Shown: positions 36,901 through 49,760 of the stretch, in pieces
Layout of the letters: each line of letters starts with the position of its first letter
Numbering within the stretch: the first letter of the stretch is position 1
Assembly: GCA_035221665.1 (NCBI GenBank)
Contig: CM069160.1
Span: 23,746,001 to 23,810,000 of the forward strand
Direction of reading: 5' to 3'
Source of the DNA: Okamejei kenojei
Taxonomy: Eukaryota
Length of the DNA stretch: 64,000 bases
Notes under the pieces: model-generated
The model's input: only the letters and a program-made list of their open reading frames with translations
Database searches by the model: none
Told to the model about the DNA's origin: nothing
Made by a program: the position numbers and the translations under genes

Positions 36901-39120
36901 TTCCTGCAGCTGGTGTGTGGTGAGGTAATCTATGCTAGCCCCTAGTTTGGGCTGTAAAAGGCTGACCTGGGTGCATCGGCTGGGCGAACCTGGAGACCAC
37001 ATTCAGCAGTTCCTCCTGGGTTTTCGTAGGTACTACAGGTTCCTGCTCCACCCTACTTACATGTCAGCCAGCTGCTGATCCATGGCATTCCCCACCAATG
37101 ACGAGGACATGCTGGGTGTCCCAGCCGCATGTCTCCAGGACTGGAGGACATCTGGTCCAGCTGCAGATATTGTGCTCTAGGATACGCTCCATCATGCGCT
37201 CCATCCGAGCCATGCGACCGCCGCCGCATCTGCGGATGACAAGTTTACTTCCTCAGGTTCTGGAGAATCTCTGAGGCTTCTGTCATCGTCCCGCACCTCG
37301 CCGAGGTGATAACAAGGGTGCCTAGACAGGACTACCGCGTGGACCTGCCAATGGCCCGCCATCTTCCGGACGGAGGCGGCCCACTAGTCTGAAAAAACAT
37401 GAGCTGTGATAAGTCGGTCCCGGCCGTCAAAGCGTGGTACCCCGACGTCCGCGAGGGCTTGACGCGTGTCCTCCTTAGGGACAAAGGCGACGTCCAATCA
37501 CGTCCGGTCACGTCCTGCCGCTCAAGGGGGATGCGGTGACCAAGTTGAGACTACACCGGCCTGCGATCTGGCAGGATCCCCCGGTGGTGAGTCTGTGCCG
37601 GCCGCACATGCGGGTCTTGCAGACCCAGGCCTCAATCCTTCACCGGTCCATGAACTGGAGGCTTCTTCGGTGGAAAGTCAACCCCGGCTCCTACAGCGGG
37701 GTTTCACCGACTGTTGTGTGATGCTTCCCCTGGTCCTCCCTCTAGTGACCTGCATAGTTGGGGAGAGAGAACGTGCCGCAAAGCGGATAACACGCTTACG
37801 TACATTTGCTCCACTGTCCCTATGCTTAGGTGACAGTGGTAGGGAGTCACGATTTTGCCTACCCTGATCCTGCGCGGTGCTCCTACCACTTTACAGCTCC
37901 ATGGCCAGCCGTGGTGGAGAATCGGGTCCTGGCTGCGCAGGGCACCCTGGTTTCCGCGTTCTTATCCTGGCCCACAGATAGGGCGCTGCCGGTGTTGCTG
38001 GCAGCTCTGGGAATAGTGGGCGATGACTCCCATCCGAAGTCCCATTGACCTGGGAGGCATACTTCGATGCCTTCATTCTGGTGTCCCATCCATTGATTCT
38101 GTAAGCAATGTCTAGTGCAGAGCTAAACGACTCAATGTTAGTATCTTACCAGAGCGTCTTTTATGAGTTTTCGGTGGAGGAGCGCACTCTCCACCCCCCC
38201 CCCCCCCCCCCCACCCAGCTCCAATGGTGACCAGACTCTCGTGCGGGACATAGACTGCCGCTAACGGCAAGGCTCCCGCCTGTGTGTGAGTTGTGGCCCC
38301 GGCTCTCTCTACTACCTCTATTGGGTAGCATAGCCGTTAGTCCGCGGAATTCCTGCGACCTGCGGCGTTGAGTCGGAGCTCCTGCTCTGCCTTCGTTGCC
38401 CCCTCCTGGTCCACGGGCTTGCCCAACCTCGGGGTTGAGTTGCCGTCAGCCCGTGGTGACCTTGCGGGTTGTGGTGTAGTTTCGGGCTGCCGATCTGCCT
38501 GCGAAAGGCGAGTGTGAACCCGGACCCTAGCGGGTCAACGAGCTGCCCAACCTACCCGGTGTAAGAAACTCCGTCAGTCCACAGAGTCCTTGCGGGCCGC
38601 GGTGTAGAGTCGGGGCTGCCCTGCAAGCGCCACTACCTGGCTAATTTAGACAGCCCGCAGTATCCTTGCAGGCTGTGGTGTGGAGTCGGCGCTGCTGCTC
38701 TGCCGTCGCTCACTGCGCACGGCGAGCATGCAAGACCCACTCCCTCGTTGATGCCTACAGCCCACAGTATCCTTACGGGCTTCGGTGTAGAGTGGGGCTG
38801 CCTCTGCCGTCCCTCCGACCGGCGAGTGTGAACCCGGACCCACCTGGGTCAACGGGCTCACCCGACCCCAGTCTATTAGTGCCGCCGCTGACTGCCCGCA
38901 TCCCGCGGTCTGCGGTCAGTGCCGAAGCGGCCTGGAGGACTCTGAGAACAGAGTCCTTAAAATGAAAAAAGGACCGACGCAGGTTAGTTTTTTCTTACCT
39001 ACCTGCAGTAGAGGAGCAACGCTCCTCACTGCCTGTCGCTCACATGCGCTCGACGGTATGTCGCGCATGCGTGCCTGGCGAGGTTTTCACGAAGTCACTA
39101 ACGTGACTCCGAAATTAAAA
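33905..39120 (-). mobile_element. Second DIRS1-like element, decayed, related family
   Basis: Ends tagtaagattaaacgagaac and gtgactccgaaattaaaa match DIRS 1 ends; partial ICR at about 34127-34200; YR remnant STRAASTS..AGWASEITFQRF; gag remnant LQKMLKLLTSGIT; GC-rich repetitive gag region 37300-38940. Confidence 0.88.
36620..36856 (-). mobile_element. CR1 3' end / CR1-tailed SINE fragment inside DIRS 2
   Basis: agaaacatagaaacatag tail followed by ggtgcaggagcaggctattcggcccttcgagcc. Confidence 0.8.
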
Positions 39121-39530
39121 AAGCAGTCAATTGAGTGATTTGCGAGCAACAGGACGCCAAAAATACTGCAGGACATAAAATGTATATATACACGTAATCC
39201 AAGAATGAATCTTTGAATTCCGAACAATTCCAGGATACAGCTGGCAAATATCTAAAAGCATATAGTGGGTTAACAGTCCTACATTTCGGATTGTTTCGGA
39301 TAAGTGGTTGTGTCTCGAATATTTATGTGTTCTCCTTGAGCAATACCATACGTGTATGACATAAAGGAAGTTGCGTCAAGGGATGTAGCCCCTTTGGAAA
39401 TACGATTATGTTCATTAGCAATGTAAACCCATTCTACATGTAACGAGAACATGTTCAATTGAATGGGATCCGCGAATCTGATTGAAAATACGAGCTGAGT
39501 AAATTTAGTGATGTTTTTCTTTTGATTAAT

Positions 39531-41950
39531 GTAACCATATAACCATATAACCATATAACCATATAACAATTACAGCACGGAAACAGGCCTTCTCGGCCCT
39601 TCCAGTCCGTGCCGACCATTTGTTTTCCCCTAGTCCCATCTACCTGCACTCAGACCATACCCCTCCATTCCCATCACGTCCATATACCTATCCACTTTAC
39701 TCTTAAATGTTAAAATCGATCCTGCCTCCACCACTTCTGCTGGAAGCTCATTCCACACAGCCACCACCCTCTGAGTAAAGAAGTTCCCCCTCACATTACC
39801 CCGAAACCTCTGTCCCTTAAATCTCATGTCATGCCCTCTTATTTGAATCTTCCCTACCCTCAATGGGAAAAACGTATCCACGTCAACTCTGTCTATCCCT
39901 TTCATCATTTTAAGACCTCAATCAAGTCCCCCCTTAAACCTCTGCGCTCCAAAGAATAAAGACCTAACTTGTTCAACCTTTCTCTGTAACATAGTTGCTG
40001 GAACCCTGGCAACATTCTAGTAAATCTCCTCTGTACTCTCTCTATTTTGTTGACATCCTTCCTATAACTAGGCGACCAAAATTGTACACCATACTCCAGA
40101 ATTGGTCTTACCAATGCCTTGTACAATTTTAACATTACTTCCCTACTCCTATATTCAATGCTCTGATTTATAAAGGCCAGCACACCAAAGGTTTTCTTTA
40201 CCACCCTATCTACATGCGATTCCACCTTCAGGGAACTATGCACAGTTATTCCTAGATCCCTCTGTTCCACAGCATTCCTCAATTCCCTACCATTTACCAT
40301 GTACGTCCTATTTTGATTTGTCCTGCCAAGATGTAGCAGTTCACACTTATCAGCATTAAACTCCATCTGCCATCTTTCAGCCCACTTTTCCAAATGGCCC
40401 AAATCTCTCTGTAGACGTTGAACATCTACTTAATTATCCACAACACCACCTATCTTAGTATCATCTGCATACTTACTTATCCAATTTTCCACCCCATCAT
40501 CCAGATCATTGATGTACATGACAAACAACAGTGGACCCAACACAGATCACTGAGGCACCCCACTGGTCACCGGCTTCCAACCTGACAAACAGCCATCCAC
40601 CATTACTCTCTGACATCTCCCATTCAGCCACTGTTGAATCCATCTTGCTACTCCGCCATTAACACCCAAAGATTGAATCTTCTTAACCAACCTTCCATGG
40701 GGAACCTTGTCAAAGGCCTCACTGAAATCCATATAGACAACATCCACTGCTTTACCCTCATCAATTTCCCTAGTTACCGCTTCAAAAAAATTCAAGAAGG
40801 TTTGTCAAACATGACCTTCCAGGCACAAATCCATGTTGACTGTTCCTGATCAGACCCTGTTTATCCAGATGCTTATATATATTATCTCTAAGTATCCTTT
40901 CCATTAATTTGCCCACCACTGACGTCAAACTAATAGGTCTATAATTGCTAGGTTTATTCTTTGAACCCTTTTTAAACAATGGAACAACATGCGCAGTACG
41001 CCAATCCTCCGGCACTATTCCCGATTCTAATGACATTTGAAATATTTCTGTCATAGCTCCTGCTATTTCTACACTAACTTCCCTCAATGTCCTAGGGAAT
41101 ATCCTGTCTGGACCTGGAGACTTATCCACTTTTATATTTTTCAAAAGTGTCAGTACTTTCTCCTCTTTGAATCTCATAGTTTCCATAGCTACTCGACTTT
41201 TTCCCCTTAACTCACATAGTTCAATATCCTTCTCCTTGGTGAATACCGAAGAAAATAAATTGTTCAATATCTCCCCCATCTCTTTTGGCTCTGCAGATAG
41301 CTGTCCATTCTGGTTCTCTAATGGTCCAATTGTATCCCTCGTTATCCTTTTGCTATTAATATAGCTGTAGAAACTCTTTGGGTTTACTTTCACCTTTCCT
41401 GCCAAAGCAACCTCATATCTTCTTTTAGCCTTCCTAATTTCTTTCTTAGGATTCTTTTTACATTCTTTATACTCCTCTAGCACCTCATTTACTCCATGCC
41501 TCCTATAATTATTGTAGATATCTCTCTTTTTTGGAAACAAGTGTCCAATTTCCCTTGAAAATCATGGCTCTTTCCAATTTTTACTATTTCCTTTCAACCT
41601 AACCATAAAGATTCTGTACTCTTAAAATGTCCCCTTTAAATGTCCTCAATTTCTCTTCTACATCCATCCCATGAAACAAAGTGTCCCAATTCACTCCTTT
41701 AAAATCCTTACGCATTCCCTCAAAGTTAGCCTTTTCCAATCAAAAATCTCCACCCTAGGTCCAGTTCTGACTCTCTCCATAATTATATTGAAACTAATGG
41801 TATTGTGATCACTGGTCCCGAAGTGCTCACCAACGCATACCTCCGTCACCTGACCTGCCTCATTTCCTAACAGGAGGTCCAGCACTGCCCCTTCTCTGGT
41901 CGATACCTCTATGTACTGCTGCAAAAAACTATCCTGCACACATTTTACAA
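39531..41950 (-). mobile_element. Young 5'-truncated CR1 LINE
   Basis: ORF2 pieces [46 protein letters not shown]; (aaccatat)n tail at 39533-39567. Confidence 0.93.
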
Positions 41951-42999
41951 ACGTTTTCGATTTTCTGTATTTGTTATAATTGTATATAAGTATACTTGAT
42001 GTTGTATTAATTTTAACATTTTAATATGCATTCTACGTATTTATCTCCTTGCATCTTCCTTCAACTATTTGACGCCTTTAGTTAATGTTGTCCTTTATTG
42101 CGGAGATGGCTGGTTTACACGACCTAACATCGAAATCTTCCTGCACATGCTATCAGCCAAACATTAGTAATGGATTTAAATTTGCTCCAAGAACCCACGC
42201 AAATGATGCAAACGGTATAACGGTACATTCACGTGCGGCGATTTTCACAGGAGGAGGTGGAACCTACACAGAACATCATTGTCTACCTATAATGAAAGCG
42301 GCCAGAAGCATAGATATTCGAACCATTCGTGGACATTGAGAATGAATTATTCTCGATACAATTAAAAAACAAATAATGTTAGGTAAGTGTATCGTGGCTT
42401 TGGAAGGTACAGAATTTGTGGAAATGACGTTCGGAAGCATGCAAGACTTCAATTCGTGGAACCCTGTAGTATAGAAAAAGTTCTGGTTCTCTCGCCCATA
42501 ACAACAGTGGAGTATTTGTCTACTTGCCCCATGGCACTTCATTATCCTACACGTGTTGTAACTGAATAACCATATAACCATATAACCATATAACAATTAC
42601 AGCACGGAAACAGACCCTCTCTGCCCTTCCGGTCCGTGCTATATATGAAGTTGAAGATATATGAAGCTATATATTCCAGTCCGTGAATATATGAAAATGC
42701 TACCGTGTTGTAAATGCATCCGTATCTGCCGTCTTGCATGAACGTTCTTTGCAGATAATCACAACACTACTCGTGATTATTCTGCCGTGCGCAGATGCAG
42801 GGTGACTTGGACAGGTTGGGGTGTGGGCAGATTCTGGCAGATGCAGTTTATTGCAGATAAATGTGACGTTACCCACTTTGGTAGCAAAAACAGGAAGGTA
42901 GGTTACAATGTAAATGGCGTTAAGTTGGGAAATGGGGAAGTACAACGTGATCAGAGGGTCCGTGTAGATCAGTCTATTAAAGTAAGCAGGGTGTACTCA

Positions 43000-45200
43000 A
43001 AATTACACAAAAACGCAGCGGGCGCAACAAGATCTAAGCAGCGAACGAGATAGGCAACATTTCGGGCCGAAACCCTTCTTCAGACTGATCGGGGGTGGGG
43101 GGAGGCGGGGGGAAGAAAGGAAAACGGAGGAGGAGGAGCCAGTGGGCTGAGGGAGAGGGAGGAAGGGCAGGAGAATGCAAGGCTTAACAGAATTGAGAGA
43201 ATTTTATGTTCATGCCAAAAGGATGCAGACTCCCCAAGCGGAATTTACTTTGCTGTTCCTTCTATTTGCGGTGTGCTCACTCTGGCCGTGGAGGAGGCCC
43301 AGGACAGAGAGGTCGGATACGGCATGGGAGGGGGAGTTGAAGTGCTGAGCCACCGGGTGGTCGGGTTGGTTATTGCAGACCGAGCGGAGGTTTCCGGCGA
43401 AACGATCACCAAGGCTCCGCTCGGTCTCACCGATATAGATCAGCTGACATCTAGAGCAACGGATGCAATAGATGAGATTGGAGGATGTGCAAGTGAACCT
43501 CTGTCGGACGTGGAACGACTGATTAGGTCCTTGAATGGCGTGGATTGGGGAGGTAAAGCGACAAGTGTAGCATCTCTTGCGGTTGCAATGGAAAGTGACC
43601 GGGGATGGGGTGGAGCGGGAGGGAAGGGAAGAATTAACATGTGAGTTGCGGAGGGAGCTATCTTTGCGGAAGGCAGACGGGGGGAGGGGGGAGATGGGAA
43701 GATGTGGCGAGAGGTGGGTTCACGTTGGAGGTGTCGAAAGTGGCGGAGGAATGTGTGTTGTATGTGCCGGCTGATGGGTTGAAATTTGAGGACCAGTTTA
43801 CTCTGCCCTTGTTGCGAGTGGGGGATGGGGAAAGAGGGCAGTGTTACGGGGTATGGAGGAGACCCTGCTGCGAGCCTCATCTCATTCAGGGAGGGGAATC
43901 CCCGTTCCCTGAATAATGAGAATATTTGTGATGCCCTGGTGTGGAACACCTCATCCTGGGAGCAGATGCGGCGTAGAAGGAGGAATTGGGAATGGGGGAT
44001 GGGGTCCTTACAGGAAGCAGGTTGGAAGAAACAGTAGCCGTGGGAGTCAGTGGGTTTACAAAGGAAGTCGGTCAGATATCTATCACCTGCGTGGGAGATA
44101 GTGAGGTCAAGGAATGGTGGGGAAGTGTCCGAAATGGTCTACGTGTATTTGAGTGCCGGATGGAAGTTGGGGGTGAAACGGATGAAGTCAGTCATCTGTG
44201 TGCGGGTGCAGGAGGTGACACTAAAGCAATCGTCGATGTAGCGGAGGTAGAGGTCGGGATGCGGCCCTGCTACGCCTTGAACAAGGATTGTTCGACGTAC
44301 CCAACCAAGAGGCAGGCGTAGCTAGGGCCCATGCGTGTGCCCATAGCTGCGCCTTGCATTTGGAGGAAATGGGAGGAGTCAAACGAGAAGTTATTGTGGG
44401 CAAAGACCAACTCCGCTAGGCGGAGGAGAGTATCAATGGACGGTTATAGGTTGCTCCTCCGGTCGAGGAAGAACCGGAGGGCTTTGGGTCCATCCTGGTG
44501 TGAGATGGAGGTGTAGAGCGACTGGACGTCCATAGTGAAGATGAGAGGATGGGGGGCCTGGAGAATGGAATGCGCGGAGACAACAGAGAGTGTCTGAGGT
44601 GTCATGAACATAGGTGGGGAGGGATTTAACCAAGGGAGTTAGGTTGGAGTCAAGGTATGTGGAAATGAGTTCGGTGGGGCACGAACAGTCAGAGACAATG
44701 GGTCTACCGGGGCAGTCAGGTTTGTGGATTGTGGGGAGAAGGTAAAATCGGGCCGTGCGGGGCTGCGGAACGACGAGGTTGGTGGCTCGGGGGGGTGGGG
44801 GGGGGGTGGGGGCAGGCAGCCTGAGATGATGAAGTCGGTGATGGTGCTAGAGATGGTGGCCTGGTGCACGCCAGTGAGGTCATGGAACAAGAATAATTAG
44901 GAGATGGTGTCCGAGAGTTGACGCGTGGCCTCAGCTTTGTAGTGTTTGATGCAGCGGACAACCATGGCACGTCCCTTGTCGGAGGGTTCATAACCAAGCC
45001 TGGGTTGTTGTGGAGTGAGTCGATGGTAGTAAGTTCGGGAGGGGAGGGGGGAGAGAGAGATTCCAGTGAGACAGGGGAGTGCAGAAGTTAGGCGGTTGAT
45101 GTCGTGACGCAGTTTTGGATAAAAATTTCTAAAGCCAGAGTCCACGAGGGGGGGGGGGGGTCCACGAGAAGGGGGTACGTTGGAGAAAGTAAGCATGCTG
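43000..45200 (-). mobile_element. Penelope-like retroelement, decayed, with minimal hammerhead at 43052-43087
   Basis: RT and GIY-YIG remnants homologous to 1-960; minus strand CTGAAGA-A-GGGT-TTCG-GCCC-GAAA. Confidence 0.88.
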
Positions 45201-45384
45201 GTGCAGCAGGCAATGATTTAAGCGAATGGCATGTTGCGCTTGTCAGCCCTTGGTCCAGACTGCCGCGTCCATCACATCACTATGAAGCGGTGTACATTGT
45301 GCCACACCTCCGCTCCACCCGACACGCAGCCTGCGGATGGTGGCCGTGGCTGAGTGGGGGCTGTTCCGAATAATGCCCAACTCC

Positions 45385-48300
45385 GGCTACTTTCAACTTG
45401 GTGCTTGGGTTCAGATTGCCCAGTCAACATGGATTGTGTGGGGAACAGGACCCCACGCTCCCGTTTCCCCCTCTTTCTCTCTCCCTTATCTCTATTTTGC
45501 TCTCTCTCCCCTCTTCACTCTCTCCTCTCTTCTCTGTGTTCCTTCTCTCTCTCTCCCATCATTACTCCCCCTCCCCCTCTATCCCATCCCTCTCCCTCCC
45601 TTCCCTATCTCTCCTTTTTCTCTCTCCGCCTCTCTCCCTCCCTTCTCTCTCCATTCTCGCTCCACCCCTCCACTCTTTCTCCATTTTCTCTCTCTCCCTT
45701 CTCTCTCTCACACTCTCCCGTCCCCTCTTCTCCTCCTCCACTCTCCCTTCGCTCTCCCATTCTCTCTGTCTCTGCCCCTTCTCTCTCTCCTCCGTCTCCA
45801 CTAGCGGGAGCGTCCCACACGCACTGACCGCGATGCATCGCCATCGGACCCCAACGCCGACACCAGTGTGATACCCTCTCCGACTTCGAACAAGTGCGCT
45901 CAAATTTAAACCTCATATCTTCTTGAGGGATTGATGGAATGGATGTCATCACCGGCTAAAGCACAGGCCGTTTGGACTGGGAAATAATTTCACCATTTAT
46001 TTAACTAAACACTGGCAGCAGTCCGTGTGAAAATACAGCACGTACCAACAATGCAGGCACTGTAAAACATGCGGCCGCTGGCCCTTCCTACGGGATGGGC
46101 GTTTAACTCGGCATTAAAATTCAAAAACAGAGCTACATTATTGGAAAAACAAAAATGTTACATGCATAAATCGTTCTTACATTCGGGAACATGTCTTTTA
46201 ACTGTCATTATTTCCCTGTCCTAACGGCCTTTGCTTTAGCCGGTAATTCAATCCATTCCATCCCTCTACTCGCAAAGATGTGAGATTTCAATTTGAGCAC
46301 ACTTGCTTGAAGTCGGAGGGAGCAGGGTCACCCTGGGGTAGTGATTTTGGTCGGATGGCGGTCCATCGTGGTCAGTGACTGTGGGACGCTCTCGCCGGTG
46401 GAGTCGGAGGAGAGGGAGCAGGGAGCGGGAAAGAGAGAAGGCAGAGAAAGGGGAGAGAAGGGGAGGGGAGAGGATGAGAGAGAAGGGGGGATATAGAAGT
46501 GAGGGAGAGAGAGCAGGAGAGAGAGAAGGGGTCCCTGTTAGGTTGAAAGGAAATAGTAAAAATTGGAAAGTGCCATGGTTTTCAAGGGAAATTGGACACT
46601 TGTTTCGAAAAAAGAGAGATATCTACAATAATTATAGGAGGCATGGAGTAAATGAGGTGCTAGAGGAGTATAAAGAATGTAAAAAGAATCTTAAGAAAGA
46701 AATTAGGAAGGCTAAAAGAAGATATGAGGTTGCTTTGGCAAGAAAGGTGAAAGTAAACCCAAAGGGTTTCTACAGCTATATTAATAGCAAAAGGATAACG
46801 AGGGATAAAATTGGACCATTAGAGAACAGGAATGGACAGCTATCTGCAGAGCCAAAAGAGATGGGGGAGATATTGAACATTTTTTTTTCTTCGGTATTCA
46901 CCAAGGAGAAGGATATTGAACTCTGTGAGTTAAGGGGAAAAAGTAGAGTAGCTATGGAAACTATGAGATTCAAAGAGGAGGAAGTACTGACACTTTTGAA
47001 AAATATAAAAGTGGATAAGTCACCAGGCCCTGACAGGATATTCCCTAGGACATTGAGGGAAGTTAGTGTAGAAATAGCAGGAGCTATGACAGAAATATTT
47101 CAAATGTCATTAGAAACGGGAATAGTGCCGGAGGATTGGCGAACTGCGCATGTTGTTCCATTGTTTAAAAAGGGTTCAAAGAATAAACCTAGCAATTATA
47201 GACCTATTAGTTTGACGTCAGTGGTGGGCAAATAAATGGAAAGGATACTTAGAGATAATATATATAAGCATCTGGATAAACAGGGTCCGATCAGGAACAG
47301 TCAACATGGATTTGTGCCTGGAAGGTCATGTTTGACAAACCTTGAATTTTTTGAAGCGGTAACTAGGGAAATTAATGAGGGTAAAGCAGTGCATGTTGTC
47401 TATATGGATTTCAGTAAGGCCTTTGACAATGTTCCACATGGAAGGTTGGTTCAGAAGGTTCAATGTTTGGGTGTTAATGGCGGAGTAGCAAGATGGATTC
47501 AACAGTGGCTGAATGGGAGATGTCAGAGAGTAATGGTGGATGGCTGTTTGTCAGTTTGGAAGCCGGTGACCAGTGGGGTGCCTCAGGGATCTGTGTTGGG
47601 TCCACTGTTGTTTGTCATGTACATCAATGATCTGGATGATGGGGTGGAAAATTGGATAAGTAAGTATGCAGATGATACTAAGATAGGTGGTGTTGTGGAT
47701 AATTAAGTAGATTTTCAAAGTCTACAGAGAGATTTGGGCCATTTGGAACAGTGGGCTGAAAGATGGCAGATGGAGTTTAATGCTGATAAGTGTGAAATGC
47801 TACATCTTGGCAGGACAAATCAAAATAGGACGTACATGGTAAATGGTAGGGAATTGAGGAATGCTGTGGAACAGAGGGATCTAGGAATAACTGTGCATAG
47901 TTCCCTGAAGGTGGAATCGCATGTAGATAGGGTGGTAAAGAAAGCCTTTGGTGTGCTGACCTTTATAAATCAGAGCATTGAATATAGGAGTAGGGAAGTA
48001 ATGTTAAAATTGTACAAGGCATTGGTAAGACCAATTCTGGAGTATGGTGTACAATTTTGGTCGCCTAGTTATAGGAAGGATGTCAACAGAATAGAGAGAG
48101 TACAGAGGAGATTTACTAGAATGTTGCCAGGGTTCCAGCATCTATGTTACAGAGAAAGGTTGAACAAGTTACGTCTTTATTCTTTGGAGCGCAGAAGGTT
48201 AAGGGGGGACTTGATTGAGGTCTTTAAAATGATGAAAGGAATAGACAGAGTTGACGTGGATACGTTTTTCCCATTGAGGGTATGGAAGATTCAAACAAGA

Positions 48301-48925
48301 GGGCATTACATGAGAATTAAGGGACAGAGGTTTCGGGGTAACGTGAGGGGGAACTTCTTTACTCAGAGGGTGGTGGCTGTGTGGAATGAGCTTCCAGCAG
48401 AAGTGGTGGAAGCAGGATCGATTTTAACATTTAAGAGTAAAGTGGATAGGTATATGGACGTGAAGGGAATGGAGGGGTATGGTCTGAGTGCAGGTAGATG
48501 GGACTAGGGGAAAACAAATGGTCGGCACGGACTGGAAGGGCCGAGAGGGCCTGTTTCCGTGCTGTAATTGTTATATGGTTATATGGTTATATGGGTGAGA
48601 GAGAAGGTAGGAAGTGTGGCAGAGAGAGAGATAGTAAAGGAGAGAGGTGAGAGAGAGAGAGGGGAGGGAGTGGGGGAGAGAGAGAAAATGGGGGAGAGAG
48701 AAGGGAGGGAGAGGAGGAGAGAAGTGGGGAGCGAGAAGATGGAAGAGCGAAGATGGGAGAGGGAGTAGGAGAGAAAGCAGGGGGAGAATGAGAAGGGAGC
48801 GAGAGAGGGGGGAGAGAGGGCAGATTGGGATATAGAAAGGGAGACGGGAGCGTTGGGGGTCATTTTCCCGCACAGGCCATAGGTGGCTGCGCAATCTGAA
48901 CCTAAGCCGCTAGTTCAAAGCGGCA
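45385..48925. repeat. Diverged long inverted repeat (arms about 45385-46000 and 46200-48925 minus the CR1), including CT-rich and GA-rich low-complexity mirrors
   Basis: ccggctaaagcacaggccgtttggac vs gtcctaacggcctttgctttagccgg; gagcgtcccaca vs tgtgggacgctc; ggttcagattgc vs gcaatctgaacc. Confidence 0.8.
46530..48593 (+). mobile_element. Young 5'-truncated CR1 LINE, nearly identical to 39531-41950 but inverted
   Basis: ORF2 pieces with [11 protein letters not shown]; (gttatatg)n tail at 48570-48593; inserted in the GA-rich tract. Confidence 0.93.
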
Positions 48926-48934
48926 GAAAATGCC

Positions 48935-49760
48935 TTCAGTTGTTTGGCTTGACCTGCCCTGCGCTTGAAACTGCAATGGCAATGGAAATGAAATGAAAAT
49001 ACTACCAGCTATATCGCCTCCCTGCGCTTGAAACTGCAATGGCAAACGAGGTGAAACGAAATTGCAGTGAACTGTTAGAAATTAGGTGCAGGAGTAGGCC
49101 ATTCAGCCCCTCGGTTAGCTATGTGCTTGAAACTGCATTGGCAATTGAGTGAAATGAAAATACAATCTGTTCGGACTGCCATGTGCTTCAAACAGCAATG
49201 GCAATTAAAATTTAGTGAAAATACAATTAGCACTTTGGCCTGCTTTGTGTTGAAACAGCAATGGCAATGGAAGTTAAATGAAAATTAATTGAGCTCTTCG
49301 TCCTGCCCTGTGCTTGAAACTGCAATGGCAAGGGAAATGAAAATGCAGTGAGCTGTTCGGCCTGCCCTGTGCTTGAAACAGCTATGGTAATGGAACTTAA
49401 ATGAAAAAGCATCAGCTATTTGGCTTGGCCTGCCATGTGCTAGGAACTGCAATGGTAATGGAAATGAAATGCAATTACAACCAGCTGTTTGCCTGCCCTG
49501 TTGCTTGTAATGCCTGCCCGGCAATGGCAATGGAAATGAAATGAAAATGGAATCAGCTGTTTGGTCTGCCCTGTACTTGAAACTGCAATGGCAATGGAAG
49601 TGAAATGAAAATACAATGAACTGTTCGGCCTGCCCGTTGCTTGTAACTACAATGGCAATGAAAGTGCAATGAAAATGCAGTTAGCTGTTCGGCCTGCTCT
49701 GTGATTGAAACTGCAATGGAGATGGAAATTAATTGAAATGTGTTGTTTGGCCTGCCTGTA
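48935..49760. repeat. Minisatellite, unit about 60 bp, about 13 diverged copies
   Basis: Unit ctgttcggcctgccctgtgcttgaaactgcaatggcaatggaaatgaaatgaaaat.. repeated head-to-tail without unique spacers. Confidence 0.88.

Noticed and set aside
42231-42263. Possible micro-exon VPPPPVKIAA
   Set aside because: 31 nt, not divisible by 3 and phase-incompatible with neighbouring exons; weak donor
45337-45952. Overlapping Ser/Leu/Pro-rich and Glu/Arg/Gly-rich ORFs (also 48568-48894)
   Set aside because: Stop-free by composition of CT/GA low-complexity tracts; no splice or homology evidence
48935-49760. Regular 60-bp repeat as a CRISPR array
   Set aside because: Whole units are similar with no unique spacers, no cas genes, and the context is eukaryotic; it is a minisatellite
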